DNA of 64,000 nt from Candidatus Zixiibacteriota bacterium (GCA_037441845.1 JBBIRK010000001.1:192001-256000); one strand, 5' to 3'. Numbered from the stretch's first letter, positions 1-10,361 are shown. A program made the numbers and translations. The notes: generated by a model not told the origin, from the letters alone.

Positions 1-1
1 A

Positions 2-1579
2 GAAAAAGCATCCCTTGCGGCTGAATCGAGTCCGGAATCCCTGGCGGCGTCGATAATCGAAAATTCGGGCATCATGAAAGGAGCGGTTCTATCCGGTCCG
101 AGCGGGGAGACAGCGGCTCTGGCTTTAACCTCGCTCTGGTCCGCGATCGCCGAATACGAAGAAGCCGGCGGTGATTTGCGCGGTCTTTCGGATTTTCTCG
201 ATTGGGCGGAGACCAACGAATCGATTCAGGTCGATTCGGTAGGATCGAGCGGGGTGCGTTTGATGACCGCCCATGCGGCCAAGGGTCTCGAGTTTCCGTT
301 CGTGATTGTTGTCGGCCTATCCGAAACGAGATTCCCTCAGAAAGCAAAATCACCCAGATTCGAGTTTCCCCAGGAATTGTCCAAGGAAATAAAACCTCCG
401 GCGGATGCGCATTTCCAGGAGGAGCGACGGTTGCTATACGTGGCCATAACGCGGGCCTCCCGACGACTTTTTCTTTCGGGGATCGAACAGCCGCGCCTGG
501 GACTTTCCCGGTTTGTAAATGAAATTATCGCAAGCGCAGCTCCTCACATTTACGGATTGAAGACGGAGGCGCCACCGCCAAAAATCGACGAATTTCAACA
601 TGAGGATTCGGTGGAAATGGAAAAACCGAATTCGACAAGCAGCTTGAGCGAGACGATCGCCATGCTCGAAAAGGCCGATGACCGATTTTTGGGCGATGGA
701 ATTGTGCTGCTCCTTGAAAAATTATGGAGGGCGAGAGCCGGCGCGGGGCTTGCCGATGACCCCGAGGAGTTTCGGCAGGTGGTACTGCAATCGATCGCCC
801 GTTGTCGGCTGGAACCATCTTCCCCCTATCGAGCATTCGAGACTCAATCCCGACCGAAACTTTCTTATACGGATCTGAAGACTTATGAGAGATGCCCGCT
901 GCAATACAAGTTCAAAAAGATTTATAAAATTCCCGAAAAAATACTGCCTTACTTGCACCTCGGCGACGCCATTCATCGAACCCTTTTCGAGGCGATGGCC
1001 GTTTCGAAAAACAGCAAATCCATACGATTCGAAGATCTCGAAAAGTCGTTTTTGCTCAAATGGCAGGGGTATCGCAGCTCCGATAGGGCATGGATGGAAA
1101 GCCTGAAAAATGCGGGTTTGCTGATGCTGAAAAACTTCGTCGATGTGGAAAAAACCCGGGAAACGGTTCCGCTTGATCTCGAGAAAAGGTTCAAGTTGGA
1201 GATGGAAAACTGCCAGCTCACCGGGCAAATAGATCGGATCGATACCGACGAAAAAGGCGAGCTGTATTTGATCGATTACAAGACGGGAAAGATCGGAGCT
1301 ACGGATAAATCATTTGAGGCGGATGACGATCAACTTGCAATTTACGCTCTCGCCTGTGCCGAAATTTACGGGGGCAAAAGTCCGAAATCGGCAAGTCTGT
1401 ATTTTCTGGCCGAAAACCGCGAAATCAGTCAAACTTTATCGGCTAAACGAATCGATCGAGTCAAAAGCAAAGTGCTGGATACCGCGGCCAAGATCGCTGC
1501 AGGCGAATTCCCGCCGAAACCGAATTCGTACGAATGCGGTCGCTGTTCTTATAAAAATATCTGCCCTCACAAAATATAA
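2..1579 (+). CDS. 5'-partial UvrD/PcrA-like helicase C-terminal region fused to a PD-(D/E)XK RecB-family nuclease (AdnB/AddA-like)
   Basis: Frame is open from position 2. Helicase motifs V and VI (MTAHAAKGLEF, EERRLLYVAITRA); nuclease motifs GQIDRID, IDYKTG, QLAIY; Fe-S staple cysteines (ERCP ... CGRCSYKNICP). Confidence 0.9.
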   Translation, partial: EKASLAAESSPESLAASIIENSGIMKGAVLSGPSGETAALALTSLWSAIAEYEEAGGDLRGLSDFLDWAETNESIQVDSVGSSGVRLMTAHAAKGLEFPFVIVVGLSETRFPQKAKSPRFEFPQELSKEIKPPADAHFQEERRLLYVAITRASRRLFLSGIEQPRLGLSRFVNEIIASAAPHIYGLKTEAPPPKIDEFQHEDSVEMEKPNSTSSLSETIAMLEKADDRFLGDGIVLLLEKLWRARAGAGLADDPEEFRQVVLQSIARCRLEPSSPYRAFETQSRPKLSYTDLKTYERCPLQYKFKKIYKIPEKILPYLHLGDAIHRTLFEAMAVSKNSKSIRFEDLEKSFLLKWQGYRSSDRAWMESLKNAGLLMLKNFVDVEKTRETVPLDLEKRFKLEMENCQLTGQIDRIDTDEKGELYLIDYKTGKIGATDKSFEADDDQLAIYALACAEIYGGKSPKSASLYFLAENREISQTLSAKRIDRVKSKVLDTAAKIAAGEFPPKPNSYECGRCSYKNICPHKI

Positions 1580-1764
1580 ATCGCAGTAATCGCCTTTGTC
1601 AGAATGCTTATCGATTCGATTGTCGATTACCGATGCGTAAGTTCGGGTAAGGCGATAGGATCGAGAGTGGAGGATCTCCGAAGGGAGTGAAATCGCCAAA
1701 CAGATTCATGGCGGACTTATCCGCAACCACCATGAAGTCCGTTTACCTTTTGGTCAGTTACCCC

Positions 1765-3012
1765 TCAAGAACTCATCGATTCGAGGAATTTGGCGTTGGT
1801 TTTGGTTTTCAGGATTCGATCGAGCAGAAATTCCATGGCGTCCACCGGGCTCATTTCATTGAGGAATTTGCGCAAAATCCAGACGCGATTCAATTCTTCG
1901 GCCGACAGCAGCAATTCTTCTTTACGCGTGCCGGATCGATTGATATCGATCGCCGGGAAAATCCGTCGATCCGACAACCTGCGATCGAGGACTATCTCCA
2001 TATTGCCGGTGCCTTTGAATTCCTCGAAAATCACATCGTCCATACGGGAGCCGGTCTCGATCAGGGCGGTGGCGATTATGGTCAGCGACCCTCCCTCTTC
2101 TATATTGCGGGCGGCACCGAAAAAACGTTTCGGTTTCTGAAGAGCATTGGAATCGACGCCGCCGGAAAGAATTTTGCCGGAATGCGGAACGACCGAATTA
2201 TAAGCCCGTGCCAGCCGCGTGATGGAATCGAGCAGGATGCAGACATCTTTTTTGTGTTCGACCAGCCGCTTGGCTTTTTCGATCACCATCTCGGCCACCG
2301 CCACGTGTCGGTCGGCCGGTTCGTCGAAAGTCGAGGAAATGACCTCCGCTTTCACGGTGCGCTCCATATCGGTCACTTCCTCGGGGCGCTCGTCGATGAG
2401 CAAGACTATCAATTTCACCTCAGGGTGATTGGCGGTAATGGAATTGGCGATTTTCTGAAGGATGATCGTCTTGCCGGCCTTGGGAGGCGAGGTTATCAGG
2501 CCGCGCTGGCCTTTGCCCACCGGCGTCAGCAGGTCCATGATTCTGGTCGTGGGGTCTTTGGGATCAAGCTCCAATTTCAATTTTTGCTGGGGATACAGCG
2601 GAGTAAGATTATCGAAAAGAATTTTATGCTTGGCGACCTCAGGATTCTCGAAATTGACCGCCTCGATTTTTAACAGCGCAAAATAACGTTCGGTCTCTTT
2701 GGGCGGACGAACTTGACCCGAAATCGTATCGCCCGTGCGTAAGTCGAACTTCTTTATCTGAGAAGGACTGACATAAATATCGTCGGGCCCGGGAAGGTAG
2801 TTATAATCGGGGCTGCGCAAAAAACCATACCCTTCGGAAAGAACCTCAAGAACTCCTTCGGCGAAAATCAAGCCGTCCTGCTCGGTTTGCGCCTCCAGGA
2901 TTTTGAAAATCAACTCTGATTTTTTTAGACCCGATATTCCGGGAATTTGGAGCTGTTCGGCGAGATCGCTCAGTTCGTTAATGGTTTTGGATTTCAACTC
3001 GACAATATCCAT
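1765..3012 (-). CDS. rho: Transcription termination factor Rho
   Basis: [45 protein letters not shown] motifs. ATG at 3012 follows an AAGGAG RBS. Confidence 0.98.
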   Translation of the reverse strand: MDIVELKSKTINELSDLAEQLQIPGISGLKKSELIFKILEAQTEQDGLIFAEGVLEVLSEGYGFLRSPDYNYLPGPDDIYVSPSQIKKFDLRTGDTISGQVRPPKETERYFALLKIEAVNFENPEVAKHKILFDNLTPLYPQQKLKLELDPKDPTTRIMDLLTPVGKGQRGLITSPPKAGKTIILQKIANSITANHPEVKLIVLLIDERPEEVTDMERTVKAEVISSTFDEPADRHVAVAEMVIEKAKRLVEHKKDVCILLDSITRLARAYNSVVPHSGKILSGGVDSNALQKPKRFFGAARNIEEGGSLTIIATALIETGSRMDDVIFEEFKGTGNMEIVLDRRLSDRRIFPAIDINRSGTRKEELLLSAEELNRVWILRKFLNEMSPVDAMEFLLDRILKTKTNAKFLESMSS

Positions 3013-3105
3013 AAGCAACTCCTTGAAAATATTTCGTTATCGGCGTAAGTGTCACGGGTGCGTTCCCGTCATGTGACTTTCAAAATGCGGGATATCAGAC
3101 TGCGG

Positions 3106-3447
3106 TCAGCTTATAGTTTCCTTAGGCGCATCTCCCCATAGTTTTTCCAATGCATAGAAGTTCCGCGATTCCGGCTGAAAAATATGAATTACGACGTTCA
3201 CATAATCGAGAAGCACCCAGCTTAAGCCCCTATACCCCTCGACATGCCAGACCCTCGTATTCTTGGATTTAAGAGTATCGACTATATGATCGGCTATCGC
3301 TTTCACGTGGACATCCACCGACCCGGTGCAGACGACGAAATAGCTGGCCACATCGGTGAGTTTGCGCAAATCGAGAATAACTATGTCTTGACCGTTTTTT
3401 TCGAGCGCAAGTTTGGCGGCGGCCAGCGCCAATCTCTTAGGAGTCAA
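3106..3447 (-). CDS. rsfS: Ribosome silencing factor RsfS (Iojap)
   Basis: DIVILDL, YFVVCTG, HVKAIAD, VEG...WVLLDY, VHIF-like VIHIF, FYALEKLW. Confidence 0.95.
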   Translation of the reverse strand: MTPKRLALAAAKLALEKNGQDIVILDLRKLTDVASYFVVCTGSVDVHVKAIADHIVDTLKSKNTRVWHVEGYRGLSWVLLDYVNVVIHIFQPESRNFYALEKLWGDAPKETIS

Positions 3448-3958
3448 CCGGGATTTTGCCTTTCTTCAAATTTCCGATAAGGGTCGGATAATCGGCCCCT
3501 ACAATTATGGTTACATCTATATTCAACAGATTTTCCGAGAATTTTTGAATCAAAAAATTATCGGCATCGATTCCCAGAAAATTTTTAACGATAGACGCCT
3601 GGCCCGAATAACCCCCGGATCGGGGATCGCCTTTTCTGTCGAGCACCAGCGTCCGGTCGAAAACGAACATCTCGGCATTTCCCCTATCGATCACGTCGAA
3701 TATGGTTTCAGGCGGCGCCGTAGAAACGATCGCTCTTTCCATCTCTTCGGTTGCGCCATTCGTGCCGCAGCCGTTCAAGATCTGAACCCGAATCCTTTCC
3801 GGCGCCTTGTGGACCTCGACCACCTCGGCCGGCCTCATGGTTATGGAGATCGCGAATGCTGCGATAAAGACGGCGACGAAAATTATGCCCCAGCTTATCA
3901 GGCCCGGGCCTCGTTTATGTTGTTTGGTTTTATTTTTCGAGCGGTTTTTTCGCGGCAT
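3437..3958 (-). CDS. Membrane-anchored LytR C-terminal domain protein
   Basis: Basic N-terminus and single TM, then VQILNGCGTNG ... DVTIIVGADY typical of LytR_C. Overlaps the rsfS start. Confidence 0.8.
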   Translation of the reverse strand: MPRKNRSKNKTKQHKRGPGLISWGIIFVAVFIAAFAISITMRPAEVVEVHKAPERIRVQILNGCGTNGATEEMERAIVSTAPPETIFDVIDRGNAEMFVFDRTLVLDRKGDPRSGGYSGQASIVKNFLGIDADNFLIQKFSENLLNIDVTIIVGADYPTLIGNLKKGKIPVDS

Positions 3959-3992
3959 CCCGGAAAGATGGGGAAACGATCAGGATCGCCTT

Positions 3993-4439
3993 TCATCGAT
4001 CGCTAAAATTGTCGTCATAATAGAGGCCATTAAAATAAACAGGCGATTGCTGGTAATTCAAACGCAGGAAAAAGTTTTCGCTGGGTTTCCAGGAAAGGGA
4101 AATGCCGGGAAGCAGCTTGCCGTTCTCGAGAGCGGCTACGCCGCTTCTGGCGACCGCCCCGGGTCGGTGAAGATAGCCGAGATTGAGCTGTAATTTGAGC
4201 GGATCGGAAATCTGGTACTCGATCGAGTTCAGATACATGGCAAGGCTTTGGCTTCCGCGCGATGATGATGAATACCATAACGAGTAACTCTGGCGCATCT
4301 TGAGCTTTTCCGGATTGAACAGCGAGAACTTGGACTTGGCGGCGTCGGCGAAATCGCCGGAAATCCCGTTCAGCTGGCCCAAAGCCGAACCGGCAATGAA
4401 TATAACGCTTATGGCTGCCTTCAATAATCTTAACTTCAT
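3993..4439 (-). CDS. Secreted hypothetical protein, beta-strand rich
   Basis: Signal peptide (MKLRLLKAAISVIFIAGSALG) and amphipathic beta-strand pattern; lies directly downstream of a consensus promoter. Confidence 0.75.
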   Translation of the reverse strand: MKLRLLKAAISVIFIAGSALGQLNGISGDFADAAKSKFSLFNPEKLKMRQSYSLWYSSSSRGSQSLAMYLNSIEYQISDPLKLQLNLGYLHRPGAVARSGVAALENGKLLPGISLSWKPSENFFLRLNYQQSPVYFNGLYYDDNFSDR

Positions 4440-4474
4440 TCGACGCCCTCGCTTGCTTTACTGATCAGGGAATG

Positions 4475-4503
4475 ATTATAGTGATGAGATTGCACCCTGT
4501 CAA
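4475..4503 (-). promoter_or_regulatory. Perfect sigma70-type promoter TTGACA-N17-TATAAT
   Basis: Minus strand reads TTGACA GGGTGCAATCTCATCAC TATAAT, 35 nt upstream of the 4439 start. Confidence 0.85.
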
Positions 4504-4516
4504 TTTATTTTATATA

Positions 4517-5281
4517 TTATACCGGTTCCCCCCTGCGCTGTTCCATTAGAATTCGTTCCATTTCATGCAGCTCCTCAATGGAATTCACACCGAGCCCCTC
4601 ATAAGAATTATCGGCAAGGTATGCGGCCACCTTAAGACCGTCCTTTTTCATTATGGAAATCACATCGGTTAGATAAAATTCACGCTGGGCGTTGTTGTCG
4701 TCAAGGCGGTCGATTACGCTTCGCAGTTTACCGATATCAAAACAGTAAGTGCCCGTATTTATCTCCCTTATCGTTCTGGTCGATTCATCGGCGTCTTTAT
4801 ACTCGACGATTGCGGTCAGCATGCCGTCGCGATCGCGCACGATACGGCCATATTCCTTGGGATCATCGAGAGTCACGGTCAAGACGACCGCCGCCGCATC
4901 GGACTGACGCCGCTTTTGCAATAATCCGTTTATCGTCCGGGAAGAAATCAGCGGCATGTCGCCGTATAGAACAAGCAGGTCCCCTTCGTAATCCGCCAGT
5001 TTCGGCATAGCCATCTGAACCGCATGCCCGGTACCTTTCTGCGGCACCTGAAGCACGAATTCCACCTCAGCGTTTTCCAGTTGCTTTCTTACCAGCTCGT
5101 GCTTGTGGCCGATAACCACCAGGATTCGAGAGATTCCCGCCTCCACAACATTATCGATCACATATTCCACCAGCGCCCGCCCGTTCAGCTTGTGCAAAAC
5201 TTTGGGGAGATCCGATTTCATCCGTTTCCCGAGCCCGGCAGCCAGAATGACAGCTGCGGTTTTATCTTGTCCTATCTTCAT
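4517..5281 (-). CDS. GlmU-like N-terminal nucleotidyltransferase, lacking the acetyltransferase beta-helix
   Basis: LAAGLGKRMKSDLPKVLH, QKGTGHAV, LYGDMP, YGRIVR, EINTG, NNAQREFYLTD, GVNS. Ends at 254 aa. Confidence 0.88.
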   Translation of the reverse strand: MKIGQDKTAAVILAAGLGKRMKSDLPKVLHKLNGRALVEYVIDNVVEAGISRILVVIGHKHELVRKQLENAEVEFVLQVPQKGTGHAVQMAMPKLADYEGDLLVLYGDMPLISSRTINGLLQKRRQSDAAAVVLTVTLDDPKEYGRIVRDRDGMLTAIVEYKDADESTRTIREINTGTYCFDIGKLRSVIDRLDDNNAQREFYLTDVISIMKKDGLKVAAYLADNSYEGLGVNSIEELHEMERILMEQRRGEPV

Positions 5282-5362
5282 ATCGTCGCTTTTAATTTTC
5301 CCGTTGCGTATCTTAAAAGAATCAAATGAATATAACGACTTTGAAGGCGCCCAGGGTTCCGA

Positions 5363-5710
5363 TCATAAGGGTTTGTTTTCGTTATCGACCCTGACGATAA
5401 TCGGCTTGTGCGACCTCATTTCGTCGAGCGTGAGATGGCAATAAGTCATGATTATAATCAGATCCCCTTCGAGCCCTAATCTCGCGGCCGGTCCGTTAAG
5501 GCAGATTTGGCCGGTATTTTCCTCGGCCTCTATGGCGTAGGTCACGAATCTTCCACCGGTATTGAGATTGAGCACCTGAACCTGTTCGTTGACCAGGATT
5601 CGCGCCGCCTCCATCAACTTCCGGTCGATTGCTATCGAGCCTTCATAATCGAGTTCGGTGGCGGTTACGGTGGCTCGATGGATTTTCGATTTAAGCGCGG
5701 TAATCAACAT
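5363..5710 (-). CDS. panD: Aspartate 1-decarboxylase
   Basis: KSKIHRATVT, YEGSI (Gly-Ser self-cleavage site), RFVTYAI, LNGPAAR. Confidence 0.97.
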   Translation of the reverse strand: MLITALKSKIHRATVTATELDYEGSIAIDRKLMEAARILVNEQVQVLNLNTGGRFVTYAIEAEENTGQICLNGPAARLGLEGDLIIIMTYCHLTLDEMRSHKPIIVRVDNENKPL

Positions 5711-5842
5711 ATTTCGGAAGATAAAATAAAGCTCCGAAACGGCGTTTTACAAGCGAAATTTTCGCCCGATCGTTGACGAATGACCGTGGCCTTATGTTCC
5801 GGGGGCATAGAACGTAATCGGGGCTTTGGCCGCCGTTTGGGC

Positions 5843-5872
5843 TTGCCATATTCCATCGCCGGCGATTATATT
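5843..5872 (+). promoter_or_regulatory. Putative sigma70 promoter TTGCCA-N18-TATATT for the acyl-CoA synthetase
   Basis: Sequence match upstream of the 5914 ATG. Confidence 0.45.
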
Positions 5873-5913
5873 GATTGAGTTGGGCGATATGGGCATGAAT
5901 CAGGGGATTTTTT

Positions 5914-8031
5914 ATGTCGGAATCAGCAAATAAATCGGATCTCGATTATATTTTCAGGCCGAAATCAATAGCGGTAATCGGCGCCACCGTCAAAGAATAT
6001 ACGATCGGCCGGGCGATACTCCATAACATGATCATCAACGAATTCAAGGGCAAAATATTTCCGGTTAATCCCCATGCCCAGGTAATTCAATGCCTTAAGT
6101 GCTACCCCGACGTCGAGGCGATTCCCGATCCGGTCGATTTGGCGGTGATAATGGTGAAAAAGGAACTGGTGGCGGAAACGCTCGAGCAGTGCGGCCGCAA
6201 AAACGTGAAAGGTGCGGTGGTCATCACCAGCGGCTTCCGCGAAATTGGCGGCAAAGGGATCGAGGAAGAGGAACGCCTGATTAAAATAATAAATAAATAC
6301 GGCATGCGAATGGTCGGCCCCAACTGTTTTGGAATCATAAACACCGATCCCCAAATTTCGATAAACGCCACCTTTTCCAAAACGCGGCCGCGTCAAGGGA
6401 AAGTCGCTTTCATTTCGCAGTCGGGCGCTCTGGGCGAGGCCATTCTCGATTATGCATATCAACTGAAACTCGGCTTTTCGATATTCGTTTCGATGGGCAA
6501 TAAGGCAAATATCTCGGGCGCCGATATGCTCGAATATCTCGAAAACGACCCCCGTACCGAGTTGATCCTGCTTTATTTGGAGAATTTCAAGAATCCCCGT
6601 CGATTCGCTGAAATCGCCAGAAGAGTGGCCCACAAAAAACCGATTATCGCTATCAAAGCCGGACGCACCTCCGCCGGCGCAAAGGCCATAAGTTCGCATA
6701 CCGGAGTGCTGGCGACTCCCGATGTCGGAGTCGATGCCATGTTTCGTCAGTGTGGTGTCATCAGGGTCGATACCGTGGACGAGCTTTTCGATTATACGCT
6801 CGCATTCGTAAGTCAGCCGCTGCCGAAATCCAACCGTGTGGCGATTATCACCAATGCGGGCGGCCCGGGAATCATGGCCACCGATGCCGCCGTGGGAGCC
6901 GGGTTGGAGGTGGCGCCGTTGACTGCGGATACGACCGCCTACCTGCGCGCTCATCTGCCCGATATGGCCGCTGTCGGGAATCCTATCGACGTCATCGCCA
7001 GCGGGGGCCCGGATGCTTACGGCGCCGCTTTGAACGCCGTTTTTCGCGATCCCAACATAGATTCGATCATCTGCATCTTCGTGCCGCCGATCGTGGTCGA
7101 TCATCGGGCGGTCATAAACGCGATCGCGGAAACGGTGGATAGGTTCAACAATTGCAAGACATTCCTCGCCTGTTTCATGAATATGCCCGAGATTATCGCC
7201 GGTCACGAGGAATTGGCCAACCGACATATTCCGATTTATACTTTTCCCGAGGCGGCGGCGCGGGCGCTTGCCGGTCTTTTCAAATGCGCTCAATACAGGA
7301 ACCGCCCGGATGGAGCACTCAAAACTTTCGAGGTGGATCGAGAGACCGCAATGGCGGTCGTTAAGTCGGCTATCGCAGCCGGGCGCAAAGCGATTATGGG
7401 CGGTGAGGCGATCGCGATCCTGCGGGCCTACGGAATAAATGTGGCACCCACGGCCAAGGCGAAAACGGCGGTTGAGTTAGCCAAACTATCCTCGGAAATA
7501 GGATATCCACAGGTGATAAAACTCGATGATCCCGAGGTAATCCACAAGACCGATGTCGGTGGAGTGGTGCTCGATATCAATTCCCTGGAAGAGGCTAAAA
7601 AGGCGTTTGCCCGATTGGAGGCGGCTTTCACTCGAAATGGGGTATTCGCCGGCGTCATAATTCAAAAAATGATCAAAGGCGGAATTGAAACCATTATCGG
7701 CATGAACTGCGACCCCTACTTCGGTCCCTTGCTCATGTTCGGGCTGGGCGGCATCTCGGTCGAGGTGATGAAAGATGTCGCCTTCATGATGTATCCATTG
7801 ACCGACAGAGACGCGGCGGAGATGATTCGTCAGATAAAGGGTTATCCGCTTCTATTCGGTTTTCGGGGCGCCGCTCCTGTGGATCACGCCAGGCTCGAGG
7901 AAACGCTCCTGCGCCTATCGCAACTCGTGGGCGATTTTCCGGAATTCGAATCGCTCGATATAAACCCGTTTATAGCCGGAACCCGGCCGGAAAATTCGCT
8001 GGCGATCGACGCCAGAATCATACTGAAATAA
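5914..8031 (+). CDS. Acetate/acyl-CoA ligase (NDP-forming), fused alpha-beta type
   Basis: CoA-binding IAVIGA, GPNCFG, SQSGA, GNKA, phospho-His SSHTG, TNAGGPG, GNPIDV, ATP-grasp HKTDVGGV, LDINP. Confidence 0.92.
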   Translation: MSESANKSDLDYIFRPKSIAVIGATVKEYTIGRAILHNMIINEFKGKIFPVNPHAQVIQCLKCYPDVEAIPDPVDLAVIMVKKELVAETLEQCGRKNVKGAVVITSGFREIGGKGIEEEERLIKIINKYGMRMVGPNCFGIINTDPQISINATFSKTRPRQGKVAFISQSGALGEAILDYAYQLKLGFSIFVSMGNKANISGADMLEYLENDPRTELILLYLENFKNPRRFAEIARRVAHKKPIIAIKAGRTSAGAKAISSHTGVLATPDVGVDAMFRQCGVIRVDTVDELFDYTLAFVSQPLPKSNRVAIITNAGGPGIMATDAAVGAGLEVAPLTADTTAYLRAHLPDMAAVGNPIDVIASGGPDAYGAALNAVFRDPNIDSIICIFVPPIVVDHRAVINAIAETVDRFNNCKTFLACFMNMPEIIAGHEELANRHIPIYTFPEAAARALAGLFKCAQYRNRPDGALKTFEVDRETAMAVVKSAIAAGRKAIMGGEAIAILRAYGINVAPTAKAKTAVELAKLSSEIGYPQVIKLDDPEVIHKTDVGGVVLDINSLEEAKKAFARLEAAFTRNGVFAGVIIQKMIKGGIETIIGMNCDPYFGPLLMFGLGGISVEVMKDVAFMMYPLTDRDAAEMIRQIKGYPLLFGFRGAAPVDHARLEETLLRLSQLVGDFPEFESLDINPFIAGTRPENSLAIDARIILK

Positions 8032-8070
8032 AATCCGTCGGATAGGAATCGTGCCCGCTGAAAACGGCTG

Positions 8071-9138
8071 TCAATCGATCCAGTCGGCAATGAATATATT
8101 CGTCTCCCCGGCTTTGCTGCCGAAACGATTGGAAGCGAACACCAATTTCTTACCGTCGCGGGTGAACATCGGGAAACCATCGAATGTATCGTTGAAAGTA
8201 ATCTGTTCCAGGCCGCTGCCGTCGATATTGATGATGTAGAGATCGAAATCGCGCGGATTCTTGCCGTTCAGGTTCGAGCAGAATATAATTCTCTTGTTGT
8301 CCGGGTGAAAGAACGGGGCGAAACTCGCCTTGCCCAGGCTGGTAACCTGCTGGATATTCTTGCCGTCGGCATCCATCACGTAAATCTCCAGTGTCGTCGG
8401 GCGAACCAACCCCTCGTTGACCAACTCCTCATAATCGCGCAATTCGGCTTCGGTTTTAGGACGGCTGGCGCGAAACACTATCTTTTTGCCGTCCCAGGAA
8501 AAAAACGGTCCGCCGTCATATCCCTTTATATCGGTAAGCCTTTTTTGCTCGGTGCCGTCGAGATTCATCGTGTAGATTTCCGGATCGCGGTCCCGTGTCG
8601 AGGTGAATACGATTTTGTCCCCGAGCGGCGAGACCGTTCCCTCGGCATCGTAACCAGGCGCGGCGGTCAGCCGCCGACGGATTCGGCCATCGATCCCGGT
8701 AATATAGATATCGAAAGAGTCGTGCAATTTCCAGACGTATCCTCGGCTTCGATCTGGCGGCGGCGGGCAATCGGGGCCGGCGTGATGAGTCGATGAATAC
8801 AAAATCAACGAATCTCCGGGCAGAAAATAAGCGCAGGTGGTTCTTCCTTTTCCGGTAGAGAGCAACCGCTTGTCACTGCCGTCTATATTCATCACGAAAA
8901 TCTGATCGCAGGCGAAACTATCGACGGTAGCCTGAAATACGAGTTTATTTTCCGCAAAAGAGAAATATGCCTCGGCATTTTCGCCTCCCGCGGTCAATTT
9001 TCGAATATTACGCAAATGATTTTCGCCCGGCAGCCAGTAGCCGGTCGAGGAAAGCGTATCAGCCCAACCGTATGTCCACGGCCATGATAATGCGATTGCC
9101 AAAAACAATGCCTTGGTCTTGAAATCGGAAATTTTCAT
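8071..9138 (-). CDS. Secreted TolB-like PD40 (WD40-like) beta-propeller protein
   Basis: Signal peptide; repeated units GYDAEGTVSP, GYDGGPFFSWDG, ASFAPFFHPDN, TFDGFPMFTRDG. Confidence 0.88.
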   Translation of the reverse strand: MKISDFKTKALFLAIALSWPWTYGWADTLSSTGYWLPGENHLRNIRKLTAGGENAEAYFSFAENKLVFQATVDSFACDQIFVMNIDGSDKRLLSTGKGRTTCAYFLPGDSLILYSSTHHAGPDCPPPPDRSRGYVWKLHDSFDIYITGIDGRIRRRLTAAPGYDAEGTVSPLGDKIVFTSTRDRDPEIYTMNLDGTEQKRLTDIKGYDGGPFFSWDGKKIVFRASRPKTEAELRDYEELVNEGLVRPTTLEIYVMDADGKNIQQVTSLGKASFAPFFHPDNKRIIFCSNLNGKNPRDFDLYIINIDGSGLEQITFNDTFDGFPMFTRDGKKLVFASNRFGSKAGETNIFIADWID

Positions 9139-9151
9139 AGTTTCTCTCGTT

Positions 9152-9682
9152 TTATCGTTTTTCGCCCAATTTTAGCGTAGTCTCAAAAGCTTCGCCGCCT
9201 TTGTCGGAAACAGTGACCAGCAATGCCGCAGCTGTCTTGCTCACGTAACAGCGCGATTCATTATCTATCTCGCAGTAGCCGGCGTCGATGTCGATATATA
9301 TCACCGCCCGGCCGGCTGCCGCCCTTATCGGAATGTTAAACGATTTTCCGGCAAATGAGTAACCGGATTTTTCGATTTTCACCGCCAGAGTGTCGCTGGA
9401 TAGCAGTTTCAACGAAAAGGGGTATAGTCGATTGAATTTCATACCGGTTGGAAGGCTTAACTTTAATTTCAAAGTTTTGGTCTGCGGGCTTATTGTTTCC
9501 GGCCCAAGAATTTCACGAAGAGAATCGAGATATGACGAGGAAGAATCGTGGGACACGAAAGCCATTGACGAGGCTTGCACCGGGCCGCTCGTTCGGTGAT
9601 TTCGGCCATCGGCAGGGTCGGCTTCGGGACGCCCGCCCACCATCGATATCATCAATAGGATAGCCAACCAATCAACAGACAT
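9152..9682 (-). CDS. Secreted protein with a Cys-pair beta-sandwich (DsbD-N / NHL-thioredoxin C-terminal-like)
   Basis: Hydrophobic N-terminus; LPTGMKFN...P and YCEIDNESRCY motifs. Family call is from memory. Confidence 0.55.
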   Translation of the reverse strand: MSVDWLAILLMISMVGGRPEADPADGRNHRTSGPVQASSMAFVSHDSSSSYLDSLREILGPETISPQTKTLKLKLSLPTGMKFNRLYPFSLKLLSSDTLAVKIEKSGYSFAGKSFNIPIRAAAGRAVIYIDIDAGYCEIDNESRCYVSKTAAALLVTVSDKGGEAFETTLKLGEKR

Positions 9683-9815
9683 CGCTTCACGACCGTTTTT
9701 TCTTATACGAGGTGATTATAATCGAAGATCACGGTTGAAACAACATTTTGCGGGTCCAAAATCGCAAGCGATCACAAAAGACCAATTATACCGAACTCGG
9801 CGGCGACGAAAAAAA

Positions 9816-10361
9816 TCAACGTTCCGGAAAAAAAGCCTCGAGAACCTCGCCCGCATGCTCTTCGGGCTTGACCTTGTCGAATATATGAACAATCGTTCCC
9901 CCCTCGTCGATCAAGAACGTCTTCCGCGCGGTCCCCATCGACTTTTTGCCATACAGGTTTTTCTCGACCCATACCCCGTACAGATTCACCACTTTCTTGT
10001 CGGTGTCCGCAAGAAGAGTAAACGGCAGGTCGTATTTCTCGCGAAAGGCCGCATGCGATAATTCGTTATCGACGGAGACCCCGAGCACCACTACATCATG
10101 CTTTTCGAACTCAGAAAATTCGTCTCTGAACGAACAAGCTTCTTTGGTGCAGCCCGGCGTATCATCTTTGGGGTAAAAATAAAGCACCACTTTGCGACCC
10201 TTGTAATCGGACAACCGATGAAGGTTTCCCTGATGGTCTTTCAGTGCGAAATCGGGAGCTATCATTCCTGCTTTCAGCATCCTGCCTCCCTTGGCGAAAC
10301 AACCGCCGAGCAACGCAATCACGGCGGCGAAAATTATCAAATGTAAATTAATCCGATTCAT
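9816..10361 (-). CDS. bcp: Thioredoxin-dependent peroxiredoxin (BCP/PrxQ); possible lipoprotein signal, alternative start at 10280
   Basis: YFYPKDDTPGCTKEAC, GVSVD, RKTFLID. ATG 10361 gives MNRINLHLIIFAAVIALLGGC; ATG 10280 follows GGGAGG. Confidence 0.9.
   Translation of the reverse strand: MNRINLHLIIFAAVIALLGGCFAKGGRMLKAGMIAPDFALKDHQGNLHRLSDYKGRKVVLYFYPKDDTPGCTKEACSFRDEFSEFEKHDVVVLGVSVDNELSHAAFREKYDLPFTLLADTDKKVVNLYGVWVEKNLYGKKSMGTARKTFLIDEGGTIVHIFDKVKPEEHAGEVLEAFFPER

Noticed and set aside
860..1579. Cas4-like nuclease with an Fe-S cysteine pattern, suggesting CRISPR-Cas
   Set aside because: It is fused to a UvrD-type helicase (repair helicase-nuclease), and no cas genes or repeat-spacer array are visible.
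1687..2673. Long antisense ORF opposite rho (likewise 5965-7293, 32589-33407, 43941-44675, 60267-61184)
   Set aside because: These are shadow ORFs of well-supported genes, with no recognisable motifs.
3019..3105. Imperfect hairpin upstream of rho as a structured RNA or attenuator
   Set aside because: The pairing is weak and matches no RNA family I can recognise.
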